From an uncultured virus (IMG/VR IMGVR_UViG_3300025789_000022) (Duplodnaviria; Heunggongvirae; Uroviricota; Caudoviricetes): a DNA stretch of 64,000 nt. The stretch lies in the IMG/VR virus record IMGVR_UViG_3300025789_000022; one strand, 5' to 3'. Below are positions 20,101 to 29,667 of the stretch, piece by piece. The notes under the pieces were generated by a model. The model made no database searches. It saw only the letters and a list, made by a program, of their open reading frames with translations, and was not told the DNA's origin. The position numbers and the translations under genes were made by a program. Positions within the stretch are counted from its first letter, which is position 1. Each line of letters begins with the position of its first letter.

Positions 20101-20829
20101 ACCATCATCCATTACTAAGGTATGACCGCCTTTACGTCCAGCAACGCCTAGTACAGGGTCTTCGCTTATCGGCTGACCTGGTGTAGAAATACCAAATACA
20201 CTGCTTGGTGTTTCACGAAATGCTGAACTAGTGCCTGGTCCACGGTCTGGGTCTTTTAAGATACCTTGTGCAGTCCATGTTGCTTCTTGGTCTTTGTGAA
20301 CCAATCGTGGTGCCTTGGCAAAGTTGGTTAAATCACCGCTTGGTCCACTCTGTGCTGCAAGTGGATCAACATATAAATCAACAACAGGAGAAGGTAAACT
20401 GCCATCAATCGGTGCACTTATCGCAGGCAACATATGTAACGCAGGCCATTGTGGAACGCAACCAATCCAATAACCACGTGCAGGATCGCCGTTAACAAAG
20501 ATACAAATAACATCTACACCAACATCAGGTGGAACAAACCACATGCCATAACTGTGTGGAGAATGAGTATAATCGCTTGTACTACTTTGCTGTGGTGTTA
20601 CTCCATAAAAAGGTGTGCTATATGCCACACTGCGCCAACTACGATCATCATTTGGATCACCGCCAAGTTCTGGAATCCATACCTGTAGTCTACCACTGCG
20701 TAAGATATCTGTATTTGCTTTCACTGTTCCAATAAAAGGACCAGGCGCAATATGTACACCATCTGCCTTAGAATGGTCAAACATCTTTGCTGTTTTACTA
20801 CTGCCTTGTCGGTTTAATGGATCAGCCAT
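17110..20829 (-). CDS. gp5: Baseplate central spike/hub, gp5/VgrG-like, with NNPGNL lysozyme-like domain and long low-complexity C-terminus
   Basis: OB-fold-like 'GRLQVWIPELGG...YGMWFVPPDVG...FVNGDPARGYWIG', a beta-helix repeat region and 'QNNPGNLQY'; position next to gp25. Confidence 0.75.
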   Translation of the reverse strand: MADPLNRQGSSKTAKMFDHSKADGVHIAPGPFIGTVKANTDILRSGRLQVWIPELGGDPNDDRSWRSVAYSTPFYGVTPQQSSTSDYTHSPHSYGMWFVPPDVGVDVICIFVNGDPARGYWIGCVPQWPALHMLPAISAPIDGSLPSPVVDLYVDPLAAQSGPSGDLTNFAKAPRLVHKDQEATWTAQGILKDPDRGPGTSSAFRETPSSVFGISTPGQPISEDPVLGVAGRKGGHTLVMDDGDYKGSNAQMRFRTAAGHMITMNDTKDFIYIINSKGTAWIEMTSQGDINVFGQSTMNITAKAGFNLETEGGISMHAREDINIKSDTNVNIEGKDLNLKGSGSTKVTGAMSLHLKGKSTYVTGDTCLQFKSNGHLDARALCITLNTVGVTPAQEAGGATPPKNMPTHEPFNRSTPKGGGPGPNQTLNSFTNGATENAPSTTGGVANPQSQPSYGVAQGLSTSSGPYGATNNYGSNDIPYGYGPMTNNVPPTTYNNGMQGGVGGQSSAFAQYIPQVPNPVATIANFATQSLLQNITHGNGGAIDIGNNVNGQFTNQNYSVGELQNNPGNLQYSANDKFAVGFANGLAVYTKPEDGIAALISLFDSYATATPITAIQLIANYLQSNSLTSNTVVSFARFVQNNSGINPTDYVYLADPQTRIAWVTVVIRQIQGRIIYTYDQVVTGCAESIGLSPSAFTQNIAPNAPWNNGSTPSGFVSPNSPTLQNGGGSLLGNVVNNVKNNLINRAIGAAGNAVGNILNDALRGNGQSPTSGQQGSFGFVEVDPNQAASRQDAEKLLANGGTFVDATSKVDAASPGRIPLPISRPADLNVNYGSLDPQQRAELRAQYVGTQAQTTDIATPGPTPNQQVDAAQTNVAIAQANADAANAKYTSALQTFGPNDPRTAAFQNDAAAANNSVVTAQSQRDTIIATNPLLDKQPGDATGTVSATQQLQQQQDLASLNLSDPSNADNTSGQFGRGLPGTGGPVTTYSNAGYSNQNSNPQIPGLEQVTYANSGQTVYVGKDSAGNSIVIQPSTIIQLTADGKSPSDIASITPEGLKSIEDYNSSAPSITTVVPDSVADYRAPAPNTVATNNVGGYQAGATYDDGGIPSRDVVYTTPDVGTTGSAQNPPPPNLGLQSPDAPPQALIVNQNTPYNPSPSVYPVGDPRIGEGTLGGGYSDPYSPPPTASVTPPTTDNSYLPIEKPAPVTGTTPAPGSGGATGGSDTPQGSAATGPSAGSC

Positions 20830-20843
20830 GTGTCATTTCTCTT

Positions 20844-23800
20844 TTATTGTGTTCCCGCATCTTCAGTCGGAGATGCATTAGGGTTAGTTCTAAATTGGGT
20901 GGCACTTGCACCACTTGAATCTTGTGGTACATATGAATATGTACCTGTTACTGGATTATATATTTTTTTAGTAGTAGTGTCTTGTACACTTCCTACATTT
21001 TTAAGTGTATTCATTTGCACTACATCTGGATTTGCGGGCGGATTTGGAATAGTAGTACTATCTGGTGCTGCAGTTCCATTTGTTGCTGGTTCTACTGGTG
21101 CATTTTCATTTGCTCCACGTGTTGCCGCATTAACAGTTTGTGATGGAATGCTGTCAGTTCTTGCAGCAGGTGCCTTGGGCGCAGTTTGATTACGAACACG
21201 CACATTTTTTAACTTCTGTGTGAACTTGCCGCCATTAAAATTACTTTTTACTGCTATAACATGATAAATTCCACTGAACTGACTGTATTTGCCACCACTG
21301 TTAAACAATCCGCTTGTATTATCATAATCGCTATCTGGTGTTGCAAAGTAAAAGTTAAAATAAACAGGATTGGTAAAGTTCACGCTTCCACTGCCCAAGA
21401 AACTTCCATTGGGTAATATAGGACCAAACAGTGGAACATCTTGTGAAATCCAATCTGGATCACCAACAATAGTCAAATCAAGTGAAATCATATCACCTGC
21501 ATTATCAAACAACTTTTCCATAAAATCTTGTGCTACGATCTGCTTATCTGATCCAGTAGTATCACTGGTATTCTGTTGGTTGGCAATACCAGTAGTGTGG
21601 AAATAACGTGGTTTAAAAAATCTATTGTCTGTGTAGCCATTATAGACAGCAACTTGTGAGTCGCCACTATCTTTGATATTATCTTTACTTTGTATGGTAT
21701 ATCTGGTGCTTACGCCATTCTTTACTTCAAAGAATGCCATTTGGTAATCTATGTTGACATCAAGTACGTCACGATTATTACCACTATAGATATATTCATA
21801 TAATTTTACAATCTCACTTTTTTGTACTTGTTGCTGTCCAAAGTTAGGAGAATCTTGACCACGTATTACATATGGAACTATATTATATGTGATTTCACGT
21901 TGATAAAAATTAGTTCCTTTATCAAGCGAACCAAATTGAATTGTAGGATTAATCTTCCACCAGTTAACAGGCGTGTCAACATTGGCTTGCGTTGAAACCT
22001 GATTAAGCACATAACTGCTTACCTTGATTACACTATTGATAAAATCAGTGATTTTGGTGCCTGCCTGTGCACGAAATGTTTTTTTGCTAAAGTCAGCAAT
22101 AAGATTACCTACCTTACCACCTTGTTTTAATTGTGCAGTTTTTGGGTCTTTACTATCGCCACTGGTGCTACCAACGCTGCGTTCACTAAAGGCTTTTGGG
22201 TCAGCAATTTGAGCATTCAATATATCTGTGTGAAATTTAAAATTATATTTGTTTGGTAGATATTGACCTTTATTAATTGGCGCAGCCGCTCCATCTTGGT
22301 CTTTAGCACCACCCTTTGTTTTATCAATTTCATTTTGATTGAGTGCAGATTGTAAACCCTTGGTAACAATAATATCAGCACCTGATTTAGCCAGATTACT
22401 TTGTGCATTTAACGATGTAGTAGAGGTTTCGCTTCCACTTCTATCACGATTGGCAACCTGTGAAGATGTTGTTCCACTAAACTCAGTGGCTTCAAATAGT
22501 TCTGCAATGGTTGTTGCTTGAGTTTCAACATGGAATGGAATTGTATTATCAATACCACTGTTAGCAAGTAAATTGGTAGGGATAACCGTGCAACTATAAA
22601 TTGTTCCACTGCTATTAATTTTAAATCGCATATTTAAAAAGGTAAAAGGAATATACTTTGTTGTGTTTTTAATCTTCTGAGGCTGTCCCATATCATCATA
22701 GCCCAAGAACTCAATAACCATCATAAAGAATAGCGTATCCCAAGAGGCGTTTGCACCAGGATTAAACTTTTGATTAATTTTATAACAATTTTCTAAGAAG
22801 TTAGTTGTATATGGTTCTATAATATCAAACTTCATTGTGATAACATCAGTACCACGTGTGCGTTGAGTAGGTGTTACAATGCTTTCAATCTCAAGATTAT
22901 CAATTGACAAATCAAGAGGAAAATAACTTTTATCTCCACCGCTAGCACCACGACCGCCATCACTCAATATAAACACGGCTCCACTTAACAGGGTAGGACC
23001 AGGATCACTGCTTGGGTCAAGTCCAACCATTTTATTAATGGTACTAACAGGAACGGCATATAAGGATATCTTATATGTTGAGTTAGTATAGGCATGCAAT
23101 TTATTAGAAGTATTGCTATAGGTTGGACTATTGCCGCCATTGCCGCTACCACTACCGCTGCCACTAGCACCACTTGTAGAATCATTTGTAGCAGGTCCAC
23201 TGCTTGTTACACGAGCGGTTCCACCATTTGGACCACTATTATAACTATCTGCTCCACTCTTTGGCGCAACATCACTGTTTGATGTTGCCGTTTGATCACT
23301 GGCAATACTAGAAGATGGTTTACTTACTGTGTCAATGTTCTGTGGTGGATTTCCACTTGGATTGTCTTCACTCTTACCATTAGTTGCTGAATTAACTGTT
23401 TGATTAGGTGATATTGAAGTTGCATCTGTGGGTATTTGATTTGTTCCACGAGGATCAACTGTAGGAGTAACAGTAGTTGTTACACTTGCGCCATTAGTTT
23501 GTGCACTATTAGTATCACTACTTGCTTCATTACGTGCTGCTTGACTAGTTACCGTTGTTTGTGCGGCAGCATTATCCGAATTGATTGCTGCTTGGTTTGT
23601 AGCAGCAGACTCAGCACTTGCCGCTGCAATTGAATTACTATCGCTTGGTGCAGTTATTGAACCAGCCTGACGATCACGATTATCTGCCGCAGCGTTTACT
23701 GCATTACTATTAGTAGGTGGTGTTGGAACTATAACAGGATTGCCTTGATTTGCAGTAATGATTGGCTGAGTAGTTTCCGACGTTGCAGCCGATGCTGCAT

Positions 23801-24203
23801 CTTCACGAGCAGTTTGTGCAGCATATGCCGAATTTAATGCAGAATCAAATGCGCTGCTAGGATTACTTGTTGCAAGTGCTGCGGCATATTGCTGTGCTGT
23901 TAGGTTTGTCTGTGGGGTATTAATTAACTGTCCAGTGCCAGCGCCAGTGTTGTTAGATATAATTGTATCATATGGTCCAATATCTTGTGGAAGCGCAAAT
24001 ATTGTATCAAAGCCACCAGTTGTGCCATTTCTTACCGCAACTTCAAGTGCAGGATAATTGCCACTTGTTGCAATTGCATATGCTTTTGCTTCATACTCAC
24101 CACCAAGTACTGCACCCGTTTGTGCAAGTTGTTGGTTATACCATGTTTTTAATTGAGCATTGGCAGCAGTAAGTTGTTCTTGGGGCGTAAGTGTTGTTGG
24201 CAC
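20844..24203 (-). CDS. Putative baseplate hub protein (gp27-like) with long low-complexity N-terminus
   Basis: C-terminal 'LDLTIVGDPDWI...FSGIYHVIAVKSNFNGGKFTQKL' is typical of hub proteins; lies between gp53-like and gp5-like genes. Confidence 0.6.
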   Translation of the reverse strand: MPTTLTPQEQLTAANAQLKTWYNQQLAQTGAVLGGEYEAKAYAIATSGNYPALEVAVRNGTTGGFDTIFALPQDIGPYDTIISNNTGAGTGQLINTPQTNLTAQQYAAALATSNPSSAFDSALNSAYAAQTAREDAASAATSETTQPIITANQGNPVIVPTPPTNSNAVNAAADNRDRQAGSITAPSDSNSIAAASAESAATNQAAINSDNAAAQTTVTSQAARNEASSDTNSAQTNGASVTTTVTPTVDPRGTNQIPTDATSISPNQTVNSATNGKSEDNPSGNPPQNIDTVSKPSSSIASDQTATSNSDVAPKSGADSYNSGPNGGTARVTSSGPATNDSTSGASGSGSGSGNGGNSPTYSNTSNKLHAYTNSTYKISLYAVPVSTINKMVGLDPSSDPGPTLLSGAVFILSDGGRGASGGDKSYFPLDLSIDNLEIESIVTPTQRTRGTDVITMKFDIIEPYTTNFLENCYKINQKFNPGANASWDTLFFMMVIEFLGYDDMGQPQKIKNTTKYIPFTFLNMRFKINSSGTIYSCTVIPTNLLANSGIDNTIPFHVETQATTIAELFEATEFSGTTSSQVANRDRSGSETSTTSLNAQSNLAKSGADIIVTKGLQSALNQNEIDKTKGGAKDQDGAAAPINKGQYLPNKYNFKFHTDILNAQIADPKAFSERSVGSTSGDSKDPKTAQLKQGGKVGNLIADFSKKTFRAQAGTKITDFINSVIKVSSYVLNQVSTQANVDTPVNWWKINPTIQFGSLDKGTNFYQREITYNIVPYVIRGQDSPNFGQQQVQKSEIVKLYEYIYSGNNRDVLDVNIDYQMAFFEVKNGVSTRYTIQSKDNIKDSGDSQVAVYNGYTDNRFFKPRYFHTTGIANQQNTSDTTGSDKQIVAQDFMEKLFDNAGDMISLDLTIVGDPDWISQDVPLFGPILPNGSFLGSGSVNFTNPVYFNFYFATPDSDYDNTSGLFNSGGKYSQFSGIYHVIAVKSNFNGGKFTQKLKNVRVRNQTAPKAPAARTDSIPSQTVNAATRGANENAPVEPATNGTAAPDSTTIPNPPANPDVVQMNTLKNVGSVQDTTTKKIYNPVTGTYSYVPQDSSGASATQFRTNPNASPTEDAGTQ

Positions 24204-24204
24204 A

Positions 24205-24522
24205 TTATACTCCTAGTGCAACTTGTAGTGTACTCTTCTTTGGCAAGTAGATAGGTGTACCAGCAGTAAAATCCCATAGTGGATCATATAGCGTATTAGG
24301 ATTTCTAGCAGCAAATACCCACCATAGATGTGCATCTCCGTATAAGTCAGCAGCAAATAGATCAGGACGCAAATCATATTGCACAGGTATTGGTGTTAGC
24401 AGATCATCTGCAATCTTTGGAATAGCACGATAAACCAATAAATCTAAAAATTTACCATTTGAAAATAACGGTGTGCCATAGTAAGGACTACTCTGACTAT
24501 ATGAAACCTGTGATATAGCCAT
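24205..24522 (-). CDS. Baseplate wedge protein, gp53/LysM-like
   Basis: 'YDLRPDLFAADLYGDAHLWWVFAARNP' motif. Start moved to the ATG at 24522, which overlaps the upstream stop (TAATG). Confidence 0.75.
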   Translation of the reverse strand: MAISQVSYSQSSPYYGTPLFSNGKFLDLLVYRAIPKIADDLLTPIPVQYDLRPDLFAADLYGDAHLWWVFAARNPNTLYDPLWDFTAGTPIYLPKKSTLQVALGV

Positions 24523-25589
24523 TAAATCCAACCTCCAGTACGTGGTCCATTGCTGCTGTCTGCACCAGTAACCAACAATCCATTTGCAAAGCGTGTAAGA
24601 CCAAACTCATTACTGATCTTATTGCGGCTGTATGTAGGTATCATACTTAACTGAATTTGTATTGAGGTAGGAACTTTTTGCTTCTCACCATATTGTGTTT
24701 TACAACTGATATAATCAACATCATTTGGCAATGAATAATCAAATCCAGTAATGACTACTGGAATATGATCAAATGTATATGGTCCATAGCCATCCAAGAA
24801 TAAAACTGGTGGTGGAGTACCAGCAATTTGATCTTTACCATAGAACATTTTTGTTGATGTTCTAAAGAAATGCATCATTGCTAGAATATATTCAGCCTCT
24901 GCAGGATAATTTGCAGTAAATTGACCAGTGATAGAAATACTATCAACTGCACTGTGTTGGTATTGTGGCACAGTATAATTGGTATGCACCAGTGATACAG
25001 GATCATAACTTGCCTTGTGAGCGACCGAAATCTGTGGTGTATAAGGAAATAGTACACCTCGTAAATCTTTTAGTGGAGCAAATATAGGACTAGTTCCAAT
25101 AAATTGACCTGTTTGGTCATAAATTATTACACGATCTTCTTTGTCGTCTTGCCATGCGGTATCACTTCCCGTGCCACTATTTTGTAACAAGTCTTGTGGA
25201 GTAGCGCCTTGTGCAAGACCAGTTCCATTTAAACGTCCATTCGTTGGATCATACCCACCGTTATTTCCAGTGAAGGCATTAACTAGAGCACTAACACCAG
25301 CATTGATTGCAGTATTAACTAATTGTGTTTTTAAGGTGCCTGTTCCATAATACGCTGGATTGTTCTGTCCATAATTATAGTAGTTCTGTGCAGGCAATCT
25401 ATAACCAGTTGTGCCAGGTACAGGCGGATTAAATGCATTATAATTATTGTATGATGCAATGTTTTGATAGTATCCACCATTGCCATAGTTATTTTGCGTC
25501 AGACTGTTAAATATATTATTAACAGGGTTCTGATTAGACTGCGGCGTTCGTGCATAAAATTGTTGCGGACTAAATGAAAATTGTACCAT
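24522..25589 (-). CDS. Putative tail-tube initiator / baseplate protein (gp48/gp54-like)
   Basis: 'VLFPYTPQISV...HTNY...GTPPPVLFLDGYG' tube-like motifs. Start placed at ATG 25589, just after TAAATA; the longer track ORF overlaps gp55. Confidence 0.55.
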   Translation of the reverse strand: MVQFSFSPQQFYARTPQSNQNPVNNIFNSLTQNNYGNGGYYQNIASYNNYNAFNPPVPGTTGYRLPAQNYYNYGQNNPAYYGTGTLKTQLVNTAINAGVSALVNAFTGNNGGYDPTNGRLNGTGLAQGATPQDLLQNSGTGSDTAWQDDKEDRVIIYDQTGQFIGTSPIFAPLKDLRGVLFPYTPQISVAHKASYDPVSLVHTNYTVPQYQHSAVDSISITGQFTANYPAEAEYILAMMHFFRTSTKMFYGKDQIAGTPPPVLFLDGYGPYTFDHIPVVITGFDYSLPNDVDYISCKTQYGEKQKVPTSIQIQLSMIPTYSRNKISNEFGLTRFANGLLVTGADSSNGPRTGGWI

Positions 25590-25632
25590 AAAAATATTTA
25601 TTAAATAATAAAAGTAGTATATAATAGTAAAC

Positions 25633-26484
25633 ATGACAATATCACCAGCACCAACCAAGAGAACACCATATCTCACAAACAAAGAACTATTAAAAGAAAT
25701 TCACAAGAGCAAGAACAACTATTGTTCGTTTCTTACTCCTGAAGATCAAACCTACGACTTGATTCTGCCAAGCCTTAGTAAAATTAATCAACGTACAGTT
25801 GCCGAAGCCAAACGTGCTCGTGCCGATAGAATGACCAAACAAGCATGGGAAGCCATGACTGCAACAGGCGTAAAAACCAAGCAGGATGCGCACACAGTTG
25901 ACTGGCATACTATTAAGAAAACTGACGTAGTATTCAGAATTATTTGTTGGGATCATATTCCACTTGCGCCAGGTCGTAAGAAAACGCCAAAGAGCAGTGC
26001 AGATCATCATGTAAAAGTTAATTTCCCACCATTTCAACACTATCGCTATGATGAGAATGATAATCTTATCTGCTGTGGCAAGTCACATTGGGAAGGCGGT
26101 CTTGAAAATGGATGGTTTAATAAAGATCATGGCAAGATGACACCCATGCTTGCTCGTATGTTCATTAAACTATGCGAACGCTATGGCTCTAAGGGTAACT
26201 GGCGTGGTTATACATACAATGATGAGATGCGTTCACAGGCATTGCTACAGTTATCACAGGTAGGGCTACAATTTGATGAAAGCAAATCTAATAATCCTTT
26301 TGCTTATTATACTGCTACTATCACCAATAGTTTTACTAGAGTTCTTAACGTTGAGAAGAGGAACCAACACCTTCGTGATGACATTCTCGAAGCAAATGGA
26401 TTAAATCCCTCTTATACTCGCCAAACTGATAATGCTTTTAAGGGCGGTATTGGCATGGGTAGTAGCATTGATGGTATAGAATAA
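25633..26484 (+). CDS. gp55: Late-transcription sigma factor, T4 gp55-like
   Basis: 'YLTNKELL', 'NWRGYTYNDEM' and 'FDESKSNNPFAYYT'; upstream of gp47/gp46 as in T4-like phages. Confidence 0.85.
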   Translation: MTISPAPTKRTPYLTNKELLKEIHKSKNNYCSFLTPEDQTYDLILPSLSKINQRTVAEAKRARADRMTKQAWEAMTATGVKTKQDAHTVDWHTIKKTDVVFRIICWDHIPLAPGRKKTPKSSADHHVKVNFPPFQHYRYDENDNLICCGKSHWEGGLENGWFNKDHGKMTPMLARMFIKLCERYGSKGNWRGYTYNDEMRSQALLQLSQVGLQFDESKSNNPFAYYTATITNSFTRVLNVEKRNQHLRDDILEANGLNPSYTRQTDNAFKGGIGMGSSIDGIE

Positions 26485-26488
26485 TAAT

Positions 26489-26517
26489 TTGACAAACAGT
26501 TCTTACTATAGTATAGT
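26489..26517 (+). promoter_or_regulatory. Sigma70-like promoter of gp47, leaderless
   Basis: TTGACA-N17-TATAGT, 6 nt before the ATG. Confidence 0.75.
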
Positions 26518-26523
26518 AAGAAC

Positions 26524-27537
26524 ATGTCCAATTTATTTTGCAAAGCAGCCATATTCACCGACCTACACTTAGGTTATAAGAGCAACTCCGCACAGTTTCT
26601 TGCAGACTGCGAGAACTATATGACATGGTTTATCGATCTTGTCAAGCGAGAAGAATGTGATACCGTTCTATTTCTTGGCGATTTTCATGATACACGCAAC
26701 TCACTAAACATTAATACTATGGAAGTGAGCCTACGGTCACTTGAGCGTCTTAATGACCTTGGACGGCGTGTTATTTTTATTCCAGGCAACCATGACCTAT
26801 ACCACAAAGACCGTCGTACCATCACAAGTGTACGTTATATTGAGAAATTCAAGAACATTGAACTGATTGAGAACCAACATACCGAAGGTGATGTTACCTT
26901 TGTTCCTTGGTTGATTGGTGAAGAATACAAGAGTATGCGTAAGATTAAGTCAAAGTATGTCATGGGACACTTTGAATTGCCAAGTTTCCTTATGAATGCC
27001 AAGGTAGAAATGCCAGATCATGGTGGTCTAAAAGCAGATGACTTGCGTGGTGTAGATACTGTATTCACTGGACATTTTCATAAGCGACAAATAAAAAATA
27101 ATGTCCACTATATTGGAAACGCCTTTCCGCACAATTATGCGGATGCGTGGGATGACGAGCGTGGCGCAATGATACTCTCTTGGGGTGCGGACCCACAGTA
27201 TCATAATTGGACAAGCGCCCCTCGTTATCGCACGTTGAGTCTTAGCCAGATGTTAGATGCACCAGAAACACACCTAGATGACCGCACCTATGCTCGTGTT
27301 CAGTTAGATTTAAGTGTATCATATGAAGAAGCAACCTTTCTTAAAGAAGAAATGGCAAAAACATATGGAGTACGTGAATTAAGCCTTATTCAAAACCGTG
27401 GCGAAGTGCTAACAGAAAACGCCATTGGTGATACAGCATTTGAAAGCGTAGACCAAATTGTTATTAGTCAGCTAAGCAACCTTGATACTGCACATTATGA
27501 TCGTGGTTTGCTCATGGAAATTTACAATTCACTTTAA
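26524..27537 (+). CDS. gp47: Recombination endonuclease subunit (Mre11/SbcD-like)
   Basis: Metallophosphoesterase motifs DLHLG, GDFHD, GNHD, GHFH. Confidence 0.92.
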   Translation: MSNLFCKAAIFTDLHLGYKSNSAQFLADCENYMTWFIDLVKREECDTVLFLGDFHDTRNSLNINTMEVSLRSLERLNDLGRRVIFIPGNHDLYHKDRRTITSVRYIEKFKNIELIENQHTEGDVTFVPWLIGEEYKSMRKIKSKYVMGHFELPSFLMNAKVEMPDHGGLKADDLRGVDTVFTGHFHKRQIKNNVHYIGNAFPHNYADAWDDERGAMILSWGADPQYHNWTSAPRYRTLSLSQMLDAPETHLDDRTYARVQLDLSVSYEEATFLKEEMAKTYGVRELSLIQNRGEVLTENAIGDTAFESVDQIVISQLSNLDTAHYDRGLLMEIYNSL

Positions 27538-27549
27538 TTCAGGTATAAT
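27521..27549 (+). promoter_or_regulatory. Sigma70-like promoter of gp46, leaderless
   Basis: TTTACA-N17-TATAAT, 6 nt before the ATG. Confidence 0.7.
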
Positions 27550-27555
27550 CTAAAC

Positions 27556-29667
27556 ATGCTAAAGATCAATAGTTTAACAGTAAAGAATTTCATGAGCGTG
27601 GGCAATGCGACCCAAGCCGTGAATTTTGACCGTAGTGACCTGACCTTGGTGTTAGGTGAAAATTTAGATTTAGGAGGTGATGACACTGGTGCTAGAAATG
27701 GCACGGGTAAAACCACAATCATCAACGCCCTGAGTTATGGTCTCTACGGTCAAGCGTTAACAAATATCAAGAAAGATAACCTAATCAACAAGACCAATGG
27801 TAAAAACATGGTCGTGACGGTTGATTTTGAGGTTAACAGTCGTCATTACCGAATTGAGCGTGGTCGTCGCCCCAATATCACCAAGTTATACATTGATGGC
27901 ACTGAGCAGAACGACTATACCGATGACAGTCAAGGTGATAGCCGTGAAACACAGGGTGACATTGAACGGCTACTAGGTATGAGTATTGACATGTTTCGTC
28001 ATGTTGTAGCACTTAATACCTATACAGAACCATTCTTGAGTATGCGAGCCAATGATCAACGTCAGATTATTGAGCAGTTGCTTGGCATTACTATCCTCAG
28101 TGAAAAGGCAGATAACTTAAAGAATCAAATTAAAACTACCAAGGATATGATTGGTGAAGAAAAAATTCGTATCAAGGCAGTACAAGATGCCAATGTGCGT
28201 ATTGCTGAACAGATTGATAATTTAAAGAAGCGTCAACGTCTTTGGCAAACCAAACATGACGAAGATTGCAATAAGATTGAACGCAATCTTATCTCACTTA
28301 GTAAGATTGACATTGATGCTGAAATTGAAAACCATCGCCTACGTGAACGTTTCTTTGCTAATAAACGACTTGAAGATCAACTAAAAAGCGTTGAGGTTCG
28401 TCAAAATCTATGGGAAAAGAAACAACTTGACGATTGCGATGCGATTAAACTCAACATTGCAAAACTTTCTAGCATTGATATTGATAGTGAAATTGCCATT
28501 CATCGTGACATTGCGGATTATGATGCCAAAGTAAAGCGCCGTGATGAAGCAAAACGATGGATTGCGTCTATCGATGCTGCTAATGTTAAGGAAGAAAAAA
28601 CTCAAGCCAAGTTAAAGAAAGAGATTGAAGACCTTAAAAATCATAAGTGTTATGCTTGTGGCAGTGAACTGCATGATGATAATCAGGCAGACATTCTTGC
28701 AGCAAAAGAAAACACTCTTCGTGAAAGTGTATTGCAGTTGCTTGCTAACCATACGCAGAAATCTGAACACCTTGAAACTATTGAGTTAATTGGTAAGTTA
28801 ACCGCACCACAAAAACCATATTACAGAGCACTAGAAGAAGCACTAAATCATCGCAATACGCTTGAGAATATGACGGCTTCTCTTGAAACCCGTATGTGTG
28901 AAAGGAGTCCGTTTAGTGAACAAATTACAGAACTTGTAACCGAATTAGGCGATAGAGAGTGGATTGCCGAAAGCCAACTTGGTTTGCTGCACTATGATAC
29001 CATTGAAGATGCGCTAAACCATCGCAGCAGTCTTGAACAGTTAGCCACTGCGCTGGTTGATAAACAAAGCGAACCTGATCCATATGCTGAACAAATTACA
29101 GAAATGGAACAAAATGCTCTACAAGAAATAACGTGGGATACTATCAATGATCTTACATCTATGCAAGAACATCAAGAGTTCTTGTTAAAGATGCTGACAA
29201 GTAAAGATAGTTTTGTTCGTAAGCGGATCATTGACCAAAACCTTGCTTATCTTAATAGTCGTCTTGGTAGTTACCTTGGGGCTATTGGATTACCACATGA
29301 AGTCAAGTTCCAAAACGACCTTAGCGTAGAGATTACTGAACTTGGGCGTGACCTAGACTTTGATAATTTGTCTCGTGGTGAGCGCAATCGTCTTATCCTT
29401 TCGTTATCCTGGGCATTCCGTGATGTGTGGGAAAACCTATATCAACATATCAATCTGCTCTTTATTGATGAATTGATTGATAGTGGCATGGATACAAGTG
29501 GTGTTGAAAATGCGCTTGGTATCCTTAAGCGTATGGGTCGTGAACGCAATAAAAGTATTTTCCTTGTATCACACAAAGACGAACTCAGCAGTCGTGTAAA
29601 TAACATTCTTACCGTAACTAAAGAAAATGGCTTTACAAGTTACGGCGATGATGTGGAAACGGTATGA
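27556..29667 (+). CDS. gp46: Recombination ATPase subunit (Rad50/SbcC-like)
   Basis: Walker A NGTGKTT, zinc hook CYAC, signature LSRGE, Walker B LLFIDE, H-loop SHK. Confidence 0.92.
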   Translation: MLKINSLTVKNFMSVGNATQAVNFDRSDLTLVLGENLDLGGDDTGARNGTGKTTIINALSYGLYGQALTNIKKDNLINKTNGKNMVVTVDFEVNSRHYRIERGRRPNITKLYIDGTEQNDYTDDSQGDSRETQGDIERLLGMSIDMFRHVVALNTYTEPFLSMRANDQRQIIEQLLGITILSEKADNLKNQIKTTKDMIGEEKIRIKAVQDANVRIAEQIDNLKKRQRLWQTKHDEDCNKIERNLISLSKIDIDAEIENHRLRERFFANKRLEDQLKSVEVRQNLWEKKQLDDCDAIKLNIAKLSSIDIDSEIAIHRDIADYDAKVKRRDEAKRWIASIDAANVKEEKTQAKLKKEIEDLKNHKCYACGSELHDDNQADILAAKENTLRESVLQLLANHTQKSEHLETIELIGKLTAPQKPYYRALEEALNHRNTLENMTASLETRMCERSPFSEQITELVTELGDREWIAESQLGLLHYDTIEDALNHRSSLEQLATALVDKQSEPDPYAEQITEMEQNALQEITWDTINDLTSMQEHQEFLLKMLTSKDSFVRKRIIDQNLAYLNSRLGSYLGAIGLPHEVKFQNDLSVEITELGRDLDFDNLSRGERNRLILSLSWAFRDVWENLYQHINLLFIDELIDSGMDTSGVENALGILKRMGRERNKSIFLVSHKDELSSRVNNILTVTKENGFTSYGDDVETV

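Noticed and set aside
25590..25682. N-terminal extension of the 24522-25682 ORF
   Set aside because: It overlaps gp55 and both promoters; ATG 25589 after TAAATA is more plausible.
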